64,000 nucleotides of DNA, taken from NCBI GenBank assembly GCA_050084515.1, contig CM114271.1, positions 23,932,001 through 23,996,000 on the forward strand, given 5' to 3'. A program made the translations under genes and the position numbers. The stretch is from Blasia pusilla. Taxonomy: Eukaryota. Positions 12,102 through 25,506 of the stretch are shown piece by piece (the stretch's first letter is position 1; the number at the start of each line of letters is the position of its first letter). Below the pieces are notes generated by a model that was not told the origin of the DNA, made no database searches, and saw only the letters and a program-made list of their open reading frames with translations.

Positions 12102-15100
12102 TCTGGAATTCTGGTCTGGAAAATATGCCTTAAGCTTGGCAGTCAGCCTTTGCGAAAGGTATGATATCTGTGAGGTACAATAAATACGTAAATTATTAGA
12201 GAGCCCTGTTGTAAACGTTACTGCTTGTCAAACTTTTGCTGAAATTGAACAGCCCAACATTCTCCACCCTTTGTCCCAGACTTGGATCGGAATTCTGGTT
12301 ATGTTACAACTCCTCCTCTATGGGTACAAGATATATGGAGCCAAGCGGCTCATGGGAGTCGGTGGCCAAGTAGAGAAGACAAGTCGACGGTTTCTCCGAA
12401 GCCTTTGTTGAGAATCAAAACTAGGGCTAGGAAAGTCCACCCAATCTGTGTATGGATGAAGAGGAAGAGCCGGTAACATCAAGGTCACCAAGGAAGTTGC
12501 AGATGTCATTATGGATTGACTTGCCTTGGCCAGTGTGAGAAGCATGGTGATGGACTATTGTAGAGATCGCCACACGCTTTGTAATGGTGGTCACCGAAAA
12601 GAGGGGGCACACTTGTGATTGAGCTCTGATAAGGACAACAATCAAAAATTAAAAAGTGTGAAGAAAGGCCTCGCAGACACTAGTGAAGGAGTTCGGATCC
12701 TTGCGCCAGGAGAGAAATAAGACCATTGTAGAAAGCGGAGAACCTGATTATTAGTGGTACCTACCTGAAGGGCAGATTGTGGCGATTTTGTTAAGATGAG
12801 TAAGAGGTGCGAAATGGAGGTATCAGGATTGTTGGGGTTGTCAGCAACCAAAGATACGCAGAATCTCGACTAGAAAGTTTTAGGCGATTTTTGTGTCTGT
12901 GTGGTACTTTCACGCCATTGAAATTCATGCATCCAGAGTGCCAGATGCTATTGTATGTACTATGCATCACATCCAAAACATATGCAATCAGTGTTGGATG
13001 ATACCATAAACCCGCAATCTTTTGATGTGGTGGTAAGAGTCTTCTCACCTTTCGCAGCTTACAAGGGAACATCGAGGTATGGAAATTCTCTCCAGAGTCT
13101 CGCTGTGGACAGATCAGGAAACCGCTTTCCAGATCCGCAGCAACGAATCTAAAAGACTAGTCTTAACTTCTCACAAGGCTGTAGTGATGGCTTCGTTACG
13201 AAGTCAAGAAAGCAATGGAGTACTCAGTGGACTGACCCAGAAAGGCGCGAAGTTTGAGCATCCACACGACTCATCGGGATAGCAGTCAGTCACCAAACCG
13301 GTCTGCCACAAATATCGTCACCGTCACTGCTAGCTTCTGTTGCTGTGGTCAAGTTCCCATTAATTCATTACCTATCCTCGTAATAAACAACGCTATACAA
13401 ACTTGACATCTCCGCAGAAATTCCTCTCTCTAAGGTGAGTCAGGGCTCAGCACTACTGCTCATAATTACCTTCCCAATAGCTGCTATCACATACATGTGA
13501 TTCTGAGAAACGGAAGAGGAAACGCTTATTTCTGCTGGGAGGAGGTGGGATCTGGGCCAAGACGAGATGCAACGAAGTGAAATTAATGAAGACGTCACTC
13601 AAAAGACCAACATCGATATGGCATTCAATGCTTGACAGGATTTGTATCGAATCTTTGCGCGCGAGGGACGGATTCTTCCCTCAAGCCGCAAAAGAGTAGA
13701 CTAAGCAGAGGTCACGATCAAATGTTTTCCTGCAGATTGTTTCGTAAATACTTCTGTTTCTCTCGCTACAAATCTTTCACTTTTCGTCAAGAAACATGTG
13801 AAGAACCGACATTGTCGAATATCGACTCGAAAGTACGAAAGTACGAAAGTGTTCCCCCTTTACTGACGAAGATTTATGCGGTCGGGACTAACAATCGCAG
13901 GCGAAGCGAAGCATGGTGTAATCCAAACAGCATACACTCCGTCGAAGGACAGTGCATTAGTTCTTGGACGGTACCGACTTTTGCAGTCGCAGGATACAGC
14001 GGGGCGAGGACGGTACACTCTGAGCTGATCCGTAGCAATGAACACATGTGGAGCAGGAGGAGGATCATTCTTCACGAGTGAGCCGAAAGTCGATAGCAGG
14101 GAGAGACCAGAGGCCATTATAAGTAGCGGTTGGAAAAATTCTCGACTTTTCAGTACACTTGGATGCGTTTTACTGTCCAACTCTAGCACTCTACTGACTA
14201 CTGCTCCTATGGTTTCTTTCCTCGTCCTCCCCTTTGGATTCACGAGCGCCTTCCCCTCTGAAATCGTGAGCAGCACTCGTCCATTATATCCATCCCCGTC
14301 CGGTGCAGTACTGTCCAAAGCCCCGGCCCTTCTCTTCATGCAAACATGGTTTATTTTATTCTGCCAACTTCTTACATGCGACACTGTAGGCTCGAGGAAG
14401 GGCCTTCACCGCATGAAGTCGCAAGCGAATTTATCCCACGATACGTGTGGAATTCCGAGCGAGGTGAGCTGGATGGCTACGATCTTGCAAAGCGGGGCTG
14501 GCAGCCAAAAACCAACTATCGATGCAAACGAAAGCCCTTACCCCTCCCTATCCTGTGCAGCGCAACAAGGGGAGAGAATGCCGAATTGAAATTGTGGCGC
14601 CTTTTCCACGCGTCCCTTGCGATCGAGATCGCCATTGCTGCATCGAGCGAGCGACGGAACTTGTCTGCTTATCGCGACTTGCTTGGACTGGACCGCAAGG
14701 CCACACTGCTCGGCCCGTACTGCTCAAGGACATCGCAGGTGGATCCTGTCTCTCGGACTACTCTCACCTGACAAGGCTACAAGGAACAGTCGCACACTTC
14801 CTTCATTGCCCTTTTCGAAAAAAAATTCTTCTCTCTACTCTCATTGTTTCGACACACCTTTTCTTCTTCTTTTCATTCCATGGGGTTAACTTCTTTTGCC
14901 CTCTCTCTTCACTGTTTCGACACGCCTTTCTTCATTTTCCAATCCCATGGGCACTTTAGTGTAGTGCGCCGATGGACAGGTCAGGAAGGGGGATGATGCG
15001 AGTTAGTTGCAGTGGTACGTAAACTTGACACAACTTCATGCAAGGCGTCACTTTTATGTTGAACTTTAAAGACTTGGGCATTATTGAAGGAGGGTAATAG

Positions 15101-15437
15101 GGCGGCTCAGAGCAGCTGCTTTACCAAACGTTCCAAGCAGCTCGCTGTGTAACCAAACCGGGTGGTACTCTAAGGGACTTTACTTCAAAATACAAGTTTC
15201 TTCTTAAGATAGAGGTCCTACTTGTGTGGGACAATTAATTTTAGAACAAGATCCGAAAGACACTAAATGTAATAAAATTCAACTTTTTAAAATCTAATTC
15301 TAAAAAATTATGCATAACCCAGTAACAATTTGTGATATGTGTGAATTATCGTGAGAAGGTGTGAAGGGACTAATCATGTTACACACAAAATATTTTTCTT
15401 GTTGCATGTAGAAGGAGACATTTTATCGCATGTCAAA

Positions 15438-15700
15438 CTAGTAAGGTGCACGTGCGATGCACGAGAAATAAAAAAAGTGTATGAAGAATTAGTGTATAAC
15501 TCATGAAGGAAAAGATTAATGATGCTTCATAAATTCAAATTTTTTTCTTGTTGCCTATAGCATGTGAAACATTTTCTTGCTGCCCAATTGCCATGTGTCA
15601 AGTAGAGAAGTGTTTGTAAATCAAGAAGACACTCTCTCAAAATAATATAGATAAAAACGTGTTTGCAAATCAAGAAATTACTCTCCAATAATAATATAGA
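15438..15700 (-). mobile_element. Short non-autonomous Helitron
   Basis: The minus strand starts A|TCTATATTAT and ends CTCGTGC-ATC-GCACGTGCACCTTA-CTAG|T: a hairpin, terminal CTAG and an AT target site. Confidence 0.55.
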
Positions 15701-15744
15701 TTTTTTGGACGCTAGTTTAGTTTTATACTCATTTTGTCATTCTA

Positions 15745-18700
15745 TACTATAAATAATATATCCACTTTATTATAAAATAAACCTCAAAAGAGGACAAAGA
15801 AAAGTAATAACATCTCAAAAGAGGAGTCAAAAAATGCATAAAAGAATGCAAAAAGAAAATGGCAACAAGCCAACGCAAACACGTGCTCAACGAGCTACAC
15901 GATTGATAGCCTGAAACAAATCTGACAAGAACACGAGTGGTTGGTCAGACGTGAATGGACGACGAGGCGAGCGACCCCCCACCACCTCGGCACGACGTAT
16001 CAATGCCAAGGCTTGTGCATGTTGTAAGGCCACTGAGATACATTGCCAAAAATAAGTAGTAACTATCGAGAGAGAAGGACTACGGGAAGGGACAAGGTGA
16101 TGATTCTCGAGGGAGTGGTGAGCACATGTTTTCAGGAAAGTATCAAAAGACACATGTAAATGACCGAATACTTCCACTGCAAAAGGAATAAATCCATCAG
16201 TTGCATGTCTCACAGCATAACTTAACTCCTTGATTCTTGCTGCAGCTTCGGCCGCCAAACCTTTGGTATGTGCAGCTCGACACACCAAATCAGAACGTGT
16301 TGGATCAGCAACCACCACATCACCTAGTGTCCGAAATCCACCTCGAGACATAACAAGATCCACTCTCCGACGAGAGGTTTCTTGTGTGGTTGAAGGTAGG
16401 ACATGGAGTTGCTCTTGCCCAACGGTGTATCCTGCAGTACTAGCCACCGATGCTACCGCCTCTCTAATGACATCGTGTGTGGCCGTTCGTTCTCCACCAT
16501 GTGCACATCGGAGAATATGGATACCCTTGGCATCAATGGGATCCCCGCATACACAATTTGGCACACCTAAGAGAGAAGGATGGGGAAGTCCAAGACGTAA
16601 CCGGAAAGTTGTCGAGAATATACTTTGAGGAAGACGAAATGGAAGAATAAGAGGATTTGCAGAAAGCCACGCCCCCGCTCCGGTACCCGCACATGAACGT
16701 AGACGAGCTCGATTAGCGTCGGAGGATGCCTCGGAGAGAATGCTGGAAAAGTTGATTTGATGCAGATTCTCGGAGATATGCTCTTGAAGTCGATCAAGCC
16801 CTTCCGTAATCAGTTGACTGAAAGGGGGTAGAATTGCTTGTGTAGCAAGAGGAAGAAGAGCTCGTGCAGATCTCAGTTGTTGTTGAAATAACAAGTCCCC
16901 CTCCTCTACATGGGCGATATGATCCATCAAGATAGGTGTATCTCCTTGGAGAAACCTTGAAGCCATAATCGGTGCTACCAACGCCCAACTCCCCAAAAAG
17001 GTCGGGAGAGCAGATGATTTGTGGAGGACAGTCCCACCCCTCCAAAAGAAATAGGCAAGATAGCTTGTCGTGAAGCAAAGACACCATCCTCTCCTTCAAA
17101 GGTATTCAGGCCAAGAAGTTGACCAAAAGTTGCCAAGATAGAAGCATCAAAAGAGGCCAACCGATGTAAGAACCTTGAAGTGGGAGGACAAATGCGAAGA
17201 AGGTAGGAAGGACGTCGTAGAAAACATTGGGAGAGAATCCCATAAGCCACTTGGGGATCCCCAAGATGAGGTAACAAATGAAGCCATTCCACGTCTTTCA
17301 AAAGGGCCTCATCCAAGAACTTTGAGACATGGTCGATGAAGCCAATTGGGACCCCCAGGAACTCTAACCCCTTCAATGTAGATGGGAGAATCAGGAGTAG
17401 GTGGGGTGAATGTTGAGGGAAGGCATGAAGGAGACCATACTCCACATTTACTAGGTTGGACTTTAAGGTTCAAGAAAGAGAGTTGCTCCACGAAATGGGT
17501 ATAAGCTGGAACCACTTCAGAATGAGGACCTATTATGTGAGTGTCATCAGTAATAGAAGGGAAAAGGCAAGATGGAAATGCTTGCGCTGATGCTCAAAGG
17601 GCACGAAAATGGGCAATGGCAAAGAGTGGGCCCCCCATAGGATCACCTTGACGTGTGCCACAAGCTGATTGTAGAATATTATATTCCCCAGAAGTAGCAT
17701 GATGGGAATAGATAATGGGCGTATCATAGGCATAGAAGGAGCAAACAAATGGAATGAGGCTTGCGAGTTGTCCTCCTTCACAAGGTAACTCCTCAAAGAT
17801 GGCCGCACGAGAAACTGAATTGAATGCGTTATCCACATCGACTTGAATTGCTACCCAATCTGGATGAATATCAAGAGTGGAGCAAATCCCATGCACCACA
17901 GCCTCACAACCTCCAGGAGTTGCCACTCCAAATTGATGAGGAAGTAAGTGGGCACTAAAGTGAGGACGAAATTGCAAGCATAGGGATCGACTAACCAAGC
18001 GGTATAAAACCTCTCCAATAGCCAAAGGGCGCACACCTGAAAGAGGCTTATCCATAGCCAACAAACAACAAGCCCCTAAGAGCCTAGAGATAGAGAATGG
18101 GAGACGACATGCCGCCATATGTGCCCACACCTTATATAGAGAGACAAAGCTACTTGCTGAATCTGCTGGGATAAAGCAATCGCGAAGATGCTCAAAAACC
18201 ATCCCTGATAGCCCGCTTGCTGATAAGCGATGAGTATGCAGAAAAGCCCTCGTGAAAACCTCCAAGTCAAGATCCAAGTCAAGGTCCGTTGTATAGTCTT
18301 CCACAAAAGATGGAGCATTGCCACTTGAAGGAGGATGAAGAGCTTCTAAGAGAACCATTGTTTCCGCACTTGGAACCGCCGGAGAAAGAGGACCCAATGC
18401 TCAAGCTGCACGTGAAAACTCACCAACCTGCCCCAAAAGTAGAACTTCGTCGAAGGCGTTGTTGTATTGAAGGCCTCCCATGATTAGCATGTTGAGTGGG
18501 ATCAGCCGTCAGCTAAGGCCTCTGCTCGAAGTACATGCTCATTCTAAGATTCTCCCAATCCCCAGACATAAAGCGTTGAATACGTGTGGAGGTTTCACGA
18601 TGACCTGTTGCACCACCCCTTGGAGGGAGGACTAAAACCCATTGTGGGAAGAGTAATAGGAGATACCAAGCATTTATATATGTGGGGTCACGCGCTAACC

Positions 18701-19472
18701 TTTCTAATGGGAAAAGAAAAGCTTGTTGGGTGATGGGGCGAAGAGCAATAGGAATGCAAGTGTAGAGTCTAGGACGAGGAAGACCTAGATGGAAAGAGCG
18801 AAGGAGATCAATTTGGCTTAACCAAGTCCAAGCAGTTGTTGTGGGGAGTGCAGTAGGAGGTGGTATCAGGTTAGGGATTGAAGGCCCATGCATGGATCGA
18901 CAGTACCGCTGATGTCTTTTGATCCCATTAAGAGCAAACTCTTTACCACAAGGTATGCAATGAACCTTTGGTACAAATGGAGAAGTAGAAGGGTTACAAG
19001 GAGAGGAGGTGGGAGGTGCAAGAGGTGGTGATGACCGACGATGAGGGGGTAAGTAGGTTGGGGAAGGAGGAGGAGGAAGAGGGGAGATTCGGGTAGAATA
19101 GATGGGAGTTGGAAGCAAGGGCATAGATGAGATATGTGGGGATGGCAAAGTAGAAGGATTCGGTAATAATGGATCAAGATTAGGCTCAATAGGACAAGGC
19201 GAAGAAGGGAGAAGAGGAGAATCCGAAAGAAAAGTAGCAAGTGTAATGGGTGTATTAGCATCTGGAGGAAAATGGCGAGATCTACGATGAGGAGGTGAAC
19301 CAGGGGGAGAGGTTACGGCTGTAGGAGGGCGTGTAAAACCAGATAAGCGAGTAGATGGAGAATCCAACTCCATCTCTGATGACATAGAAGTAAAGGTAGG
19401 CAAGTCTTCGAAGACAAGAAAAGACATATGAAACGTGGTTTGGAGAAAGCATGAGGATAACGAGCAAAGCAA
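15745..19472 (-). mobile_element. CRE-like non-LTR retrotransposon (RT plus restriction-like endonuclease), disrupted; 5' boundary may extend further right
   Basis: N-terminal CIPC...HQRYC finger; RT motifs GVRPLAIGE, QFGV, DVDNAFN, GTRQGDPMG, SITDD; C-terminal CVC...HILRC knuckle, THDVIR, RRVDL...GDVVVADP and FIPFAVEVFG. Confidence 0.88.
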
Positions 19473-22400
19473 AAGTAGTGGAATCCGTCCAAAAGAAATT
19501 TAGATGGAGAGATGAAGATTAGGCAATACCAAATTTATGATTGAAAGTTACTATAAGAAAAATATTAAAAAAAATTGAAAAGGAAAAGTGATGTATATGG
19601 CATCGGAAGAGATGGCTCAAGAATATGAATTTCTAATGTCCTTAAGGAGATGGCAAACGTATGTAGGGGCGAAACAGTAAGGTAAGGAGTTGAAAGAGCA
19701 AGTAAGACTTTTGGGAGGAATTGACCTAAAACAAACCCGTACCCAAAAATAGGCGCCTATAGAGAAGGAAGAAAACTAGAAATCCTACTTGATATCAAAA
19801 GAACGAGCTCGTCAAGACGATCGAAACAGGCCCAAACACGTCCAAAACCGACATTCCAGAAGAAAGTTATGAAAGAAATTAGAAACACCAAAAAAGAGGA
19901 TGTGAGGAGTAAGTGAGCCACCCACCAATGACCGCTATGAGGGAATGAGTTCGTAATGTTGGGCCCAGCCCGTATCAAAAGATCCAGAAAAGCAAGAGGA
20001 ATCCCTTAAACCAATGGTAACCTAGTATCACTCTAAAAGGAGAGCGCTATGTTTGAAATTGCGTGTAGGAATCTATGAGCACATTTAGGAGAGAAGGAGG
20101 TCCAAAGATCCCAAGAACTTTGGAAAACTCAATCTTAAGTGGAAAAGAGAAGAACCCAAAGTTCAAACTTGAGAAGATGAACACATTGGGCCTTAGATTG
20201 AAAAGATTGGATCACCATGGAAATAGTTAGAAGTAAAATTCTAGACGTCCCTCTATCTCCTCAGCCATAGTCCTCCTCCTCCATGTCTCCTCCTCGTGTT
20301 GGCATCGCCATCTTCCGGAACATGTTTTTATTATCGCTTTGTTGTGCGGCAATGGTGATTGGGCACAATTGTGAGAGTTTTCATTAGAAAACCACTTGAA
20401 TGAATTGATCAATGGATCCATCCAATGCAAGTAGAGTAAAAGAGGACTTCTTCCGGTACTTCAATTGATTAATTAACGCAAAGCGAATAGAATAAAAGAC
20501 TTCTTCTTATCTATCCCATCCCGGGAAAACGAGGCAAAACCTTTGGAACGATGTGGAACGACAAACGCGTCATTGATTCCAGATTTCAGCAGACAGCTTG
20601 TGAGTGCAGAAACTGCTTAGAACCTTCCAAGGAGTGGGATAAGAAAGGATTAGCGCCCACCGCCCACTAATAGATTGCAACCGGAATCAGTCTAGTTGTT
20701 GGGAACTGTTTAAGAGCAGTGCCACGGTGTTAGTTAGTGGGTATTCCGATTCCTATCGTTAAGGTAGGAACACACCATAAACAAACAAACACAACCAGAA
20801 CCCTAAACCTTACGAAACTCAACACGTGTACGCATCAAGGTTCCTTCATGACAGGAATCGTGTCAAATGTGCGTGTGGGACCCCACAGGATGAGCCCTTC
20901 CTTCACCCTTTACACATGGGACCATCATGTAATTCTGCTCGAGAATCTTTTGTGCTTGTGTGGAAATCACACAAATCTTTGCATGATTTGAACACGAGAC
21001 ACCCATAAACGGACCTCCGTAGATATTCTCAAGATCCGATGTCATCTCGTCCGTTCGCACTTCCATCCTGTACTATTCCTATGTGGGAAGAAGCTTCCAT
21101 TGACTCGTTACACAATGGTGTATCGCATGCTCTTCCGTCTAAAAAAAACAAAAGGAAAAGGATCATGTGATAAGTTGTGTCCCACACGCTCACAAAGAGG
21201 AGATGGGACGGTCTCCTTCTTGTGGCAGGTGACTTTAGTGACATTGTAAATGAGGTCCCGTATTCGTTGCAAATCGTGTTCATGTTTTGTTATCCTTTCG
21301 CTGGTGACTGTATAAAATTTCCTCTTTTTTTTCCAGGTTGGGACGGAAGAACGTACGAGAGGCTTTTCGTTCTCAGAAATGATTTTTTTTTATAAATTTC
21401 TTAGACCGATTTCTTTTTTATGAAGGTCGCGATGCTCACGAGGAGCACCGAGTTCGTTAGAAACTGCCATCTGCCAGCTTAAGCCTAAGGCGCCCGAGTG
21501 TTAACCACAAGTCTCGCTCGAGTAGTAGTCTATTTTTAACCCTGGTTGAAAAGCACGGGTTGTGTCTGTTGTGACATTGAACAGGAGGGTAGGCGCAAGG
21601 TTAAAAGCCGGAAACTCCTAACCACTAGACCCACTCGAGTCTATTATTAACCCCGGTTCATTGGACGGGCTCTCTCTCGTTTCCACATTTAACCAGACTC
21701 ACGCACCCACGCACGGCGGGCAAGTTAAGCACAAGCTGGCTGTAAAGCGCACGGCGTCCGTAGGAGAAAGTGACATGGCATATATAAAAAAGGCTCGTGT
21801 GGCGGTAATTAACCTCTCTCCAGCGGACATCCAACGTGGATTTCCCAGCTTGTCCACGTGTCAACAATAATTTTCAAAGGTCAAAGTTCGAACGCGAGAA
21901 TGAATAATAAGTCTTGTGGATGTGTAGGTGTATGCACAAAGTCATTACTTTTACTTTACCACACGAGACATGTCATGTACTTGTCCCTCTGACTGTTTTG
22001 TCTTTCCGCACTCGGAGGCCTCTCTCTCTCTCTCCTCTATCTCCGTGTCATCGAAAGCTTCCGACCTTCCCGAGAGCTCGAACTCTCGAGTCTCGACGGG
22101 TTTACGAATCCGGACATCATCGTCCGGGGAGAGCGTCCACTCATGCCCCTCTGACAGCAGTTACAACTGTGCCGTGCAGCGCGAATTCGGAACGAGTATT
22201 CAATGCCGTCGTCTCGCGCTTTCACTCCCGGAGGTCGGAGCGGAGCGCAGGGGAGTGGAGTGGACTCAGAGAAACAAACAAAATTAGCATTCTTCAAGAC
22301 TTCAGCAGCAGATCGTGGCTAATAGTGCATGCTTCTACCGTTGAATAGTGCAAGATTCGGCATGGTCCTTATACGTATCGAATCCGTGGAGTAAATGTGT

Positions 22401-24564
22401 CGAATTCCGATGCGTGGACCCGATTCTCGAAGGACGGGCGGAAGGAAGAAGGTAAGATATCTTGCTATCGTTCTTGGCGTTTAGCTCCGCTTGGCGCGTA
22501 CTTAATTCTTCCCGAATCCTGATCATCGACTTTCGATGGGGCCTCTCTCGCTCCCTTGTCACCACTATGTCTTTTCCGGAGCGCATCGCTCACGGGGGAA
22601 AGAGCCAGCATTGATGATAATCCTCGATCACGTCCTCCGGTCATTTTTCTTTCTTTCTCTCTACGACCCCTCCCCTGACCGCTGGGGCCTCGACGACACC
22701 GGACGGGACTCGCGATAGTCGTAGGACCTCAAGGATGGGACAAGGGGCTACGATCCGATCCGGATGACTACGGAAGTCCCAATTTATCACGTGCATGATC
22801 GAGCCAGGGCACGGGACCGGGCGCATCCCGTGCTCTCGGGCGAGCTACCGGACTGCCATGTTCATGCGGATTCGAGGAGGGACAGGACTCGGTAGCGAAA
22901 AGAGGCATCTTGGGATTGTGCGCGTGGTATGTGGGCGCTTGTCATACGACGTCGCATGCACTATTCCAGTCCTCCCAAAGCGGGACCTTTGGGCGGCCTT
23001 ACAGCGAAGTAGTAAGTACTTAAGTACTGCATCGATTTCGGTCGGCGCACTTGCACTTTCCCGTCCCCGTTCCCTCTCTCGGACGCAATCGACGCGCTCC
23101 CTGTCGTCGTCGGCGGAACTGCACAGTCGGACGTCGTCCGGTGCATGATGAGGATCCGGATGTAATATGCTTAGCATTAGGAGAGCATCGCTTAACGTGT
23201 GTAATTCACGATAGTTTCAAGGAATCGAGGACTAGGAAAGAAAAGACGAAAGTACTAATCACTACGTCGTCCTTTGCGCGTGATGGGACCACACATGTCA
23301 TGGACATGGATTTCATTCTTGTTCCGGAAATTTTAAACGTCCGGAACAAGAATTATTAACACTGGCTGGCCAGCTAGTGTTAAGAAAGAATTAGAGTCAA
23401 GAATTAGATAAAATGGTGAAAATTTTTGGTTTTTTTTAAGTTAATGATTAAATCTTTTTTAATCAATTTAAATCAATCCTACTCATCGAAAGAACTAGTG
23501 ATCCAATTAAATGAAATGGCGAACAATCTTGTTGGTTGAAGGGAGCATACGTGAAGAGAAGAGTTGTTTAAAAATCAAGAAGGGATTTTGCAATAGTACC
23601 TTAAAGTACTTGATAATCCTTCCACGTGAATATAAAAACTTCTCCTATGAATGGAGCTTTGACTCATCATTCCAGTCGGCATTTAGTGCCGACTAAGGTA
23701 ATAGCTTTTGGTTTTGCTTTCAGGCTTCGGAGCTAGGGTTTGTACCTTGAAATAAAGGTGGGGTAACATTCCACTTATGTTTGGTGCCCACATAAAATTT
23801 TAACTAGCGTGGCCCCTTGCCTTGTAAGATAATCATGGGGGAGTGGAGTAGCACTTACAGAAGATTTAATATGGCACTATTTTAATTTTTGTAATACATA
23901 GAGAACCCAAATCCATTTGGGGTTCATGTTGGGGATAAAGATACCATTAGTAAATGAAAAAAAAATAGAAGAAATTTGGTTCAACCAAATTAATTCAAAA
24001 TTGGATCTAAAATCATAAGAGAAAAGAATAGAAATTTCACTTTTATGAACTAAACTGATAATAGTATAAACTATGTCAAGAGAGTAGGGGGAGGGGGATT
24101 ACTAAAAAGATAACTTCTTGCAATTATATATCTTTTATCCCATGCACTTTGTGAAAACCCGATGTGAATGGCTCAAAGGAGTTACAAGGCCCATTGCTAA
24201 ATATTTTCATGGGGACAGTCATACACCTTAATGATTTAAATCATGTAATAAGTAGTTACGAGAAAATCAAGTTTTGGGTGTGTGTTGGTTTCGAGTTTGA
24301 TTCAGTTCTTTGAGTTGACTCAAAGAAAGGATTTTCATGGCTTTTTTTACTAAAAAAATTCAATATTTTCTCCCAATTTTTATTATTTTATTATTTTTGT
24401 TCCAAAATAATGTGACAAAGATCATAACCATGTACAAGGTACCATAATTTCACTCTATTAAGAAAAATCTTCATCAAGAAAGAATTTCAAGAAGATCATA
24501 TTTCCCAAGAAGATTTTCTTTTAACGTAAGTACTATCAAGGTAGCATATGGATAAAGTCGTTGT

Positions 24565-25320
24565 TGTCGTGCGCATACACATCGCTACACAACACACATT
24601 GTTGTCACCGAACACACACACAAACTCGCACAATCCCATGCTAACTCATGACATCCAACAACGAGACAAGAAGTACCAAAATATCTTCAATCTCTCTCTA
24701 CACAATCTCACACCATAGCTCTCAAAGGTGTGCACTCTCTCTCATGTCAAACCAAACCCACTCTCCTAATGAGAGGGTGGGGTTACACTCACAAGGCAAG
24801 GGACCATAGCTCCGCCGCCTCATGCCAAGAGGTTCAACAAAGAAAGAATGAGCTCTTAAGCTCTCTCTCCTTGGGATATATACCCCTCCCCTCTCCCAAG
24901 CTCTCTCCATGGTAACCTATTCTCCCAAGTCATCTCCTTGGCTCTTGATCTGATGTAGGAGGTCAAGGGCCACTAACCAAAAATACAAAGTCGATCATAG
25001 ACTCAAAATGGTACTTACCTAAAATAGTAAGTTCCTCAATATGGTTCCAAATAAGCCAAAACGAAGGGAAATCTGCTCTCTCATGTTTCTCAGGGCCTCA
25101 ACAGGTCATCCTCGACCTCCTAGGCATGTCCTCCACTACTCTTGAAGACGCTCTACTAGATCTCACCGATCTATCCTAAAGGACGTGGCAATTGTCGTGC
25201 GCATATACATTGCTACACAACATACATCACTGTCACCGAACACACACACAAACACGCACGATCCCATGATAACTCATGGCATCCAAACAACGAGACAAGA
25301 AGTACCAAAATATCTCCAAT
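24565..25320 (-). repeat. 3' split repeat of copy 2: B1 (25193-25320) - AT - A2 (24692-25190) - B2 (24565-24691)
   Basis: Same B-A-B layout as 5721-6490; PPT at 25321-25329. Confidence 0.92.
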
Positions 25321-25506
25321 CGCCCCCCTAGTTGGTGGTTAGGTCCCTCTAACTCCAGATAGCCATCTATCCCTACCTACCATGAGATACATCTCTCGGA
25401 CGCTAAGAGCAAGAAGGTCGGGTGCTCATGTGGCCCCATCGTTAGTCGCCTTCCTGTCATCCATGTCAGAGAAAAAGTCGGGATCGAAACCTACCTAGTA
25501 TCTCCT

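Noticed and set aside
12200-14960. Several 140-180 aa ORFs downstream of MsrB
   Set aside because: They overlap on both strands, have no recognisable motif and give no consistent exon chain.
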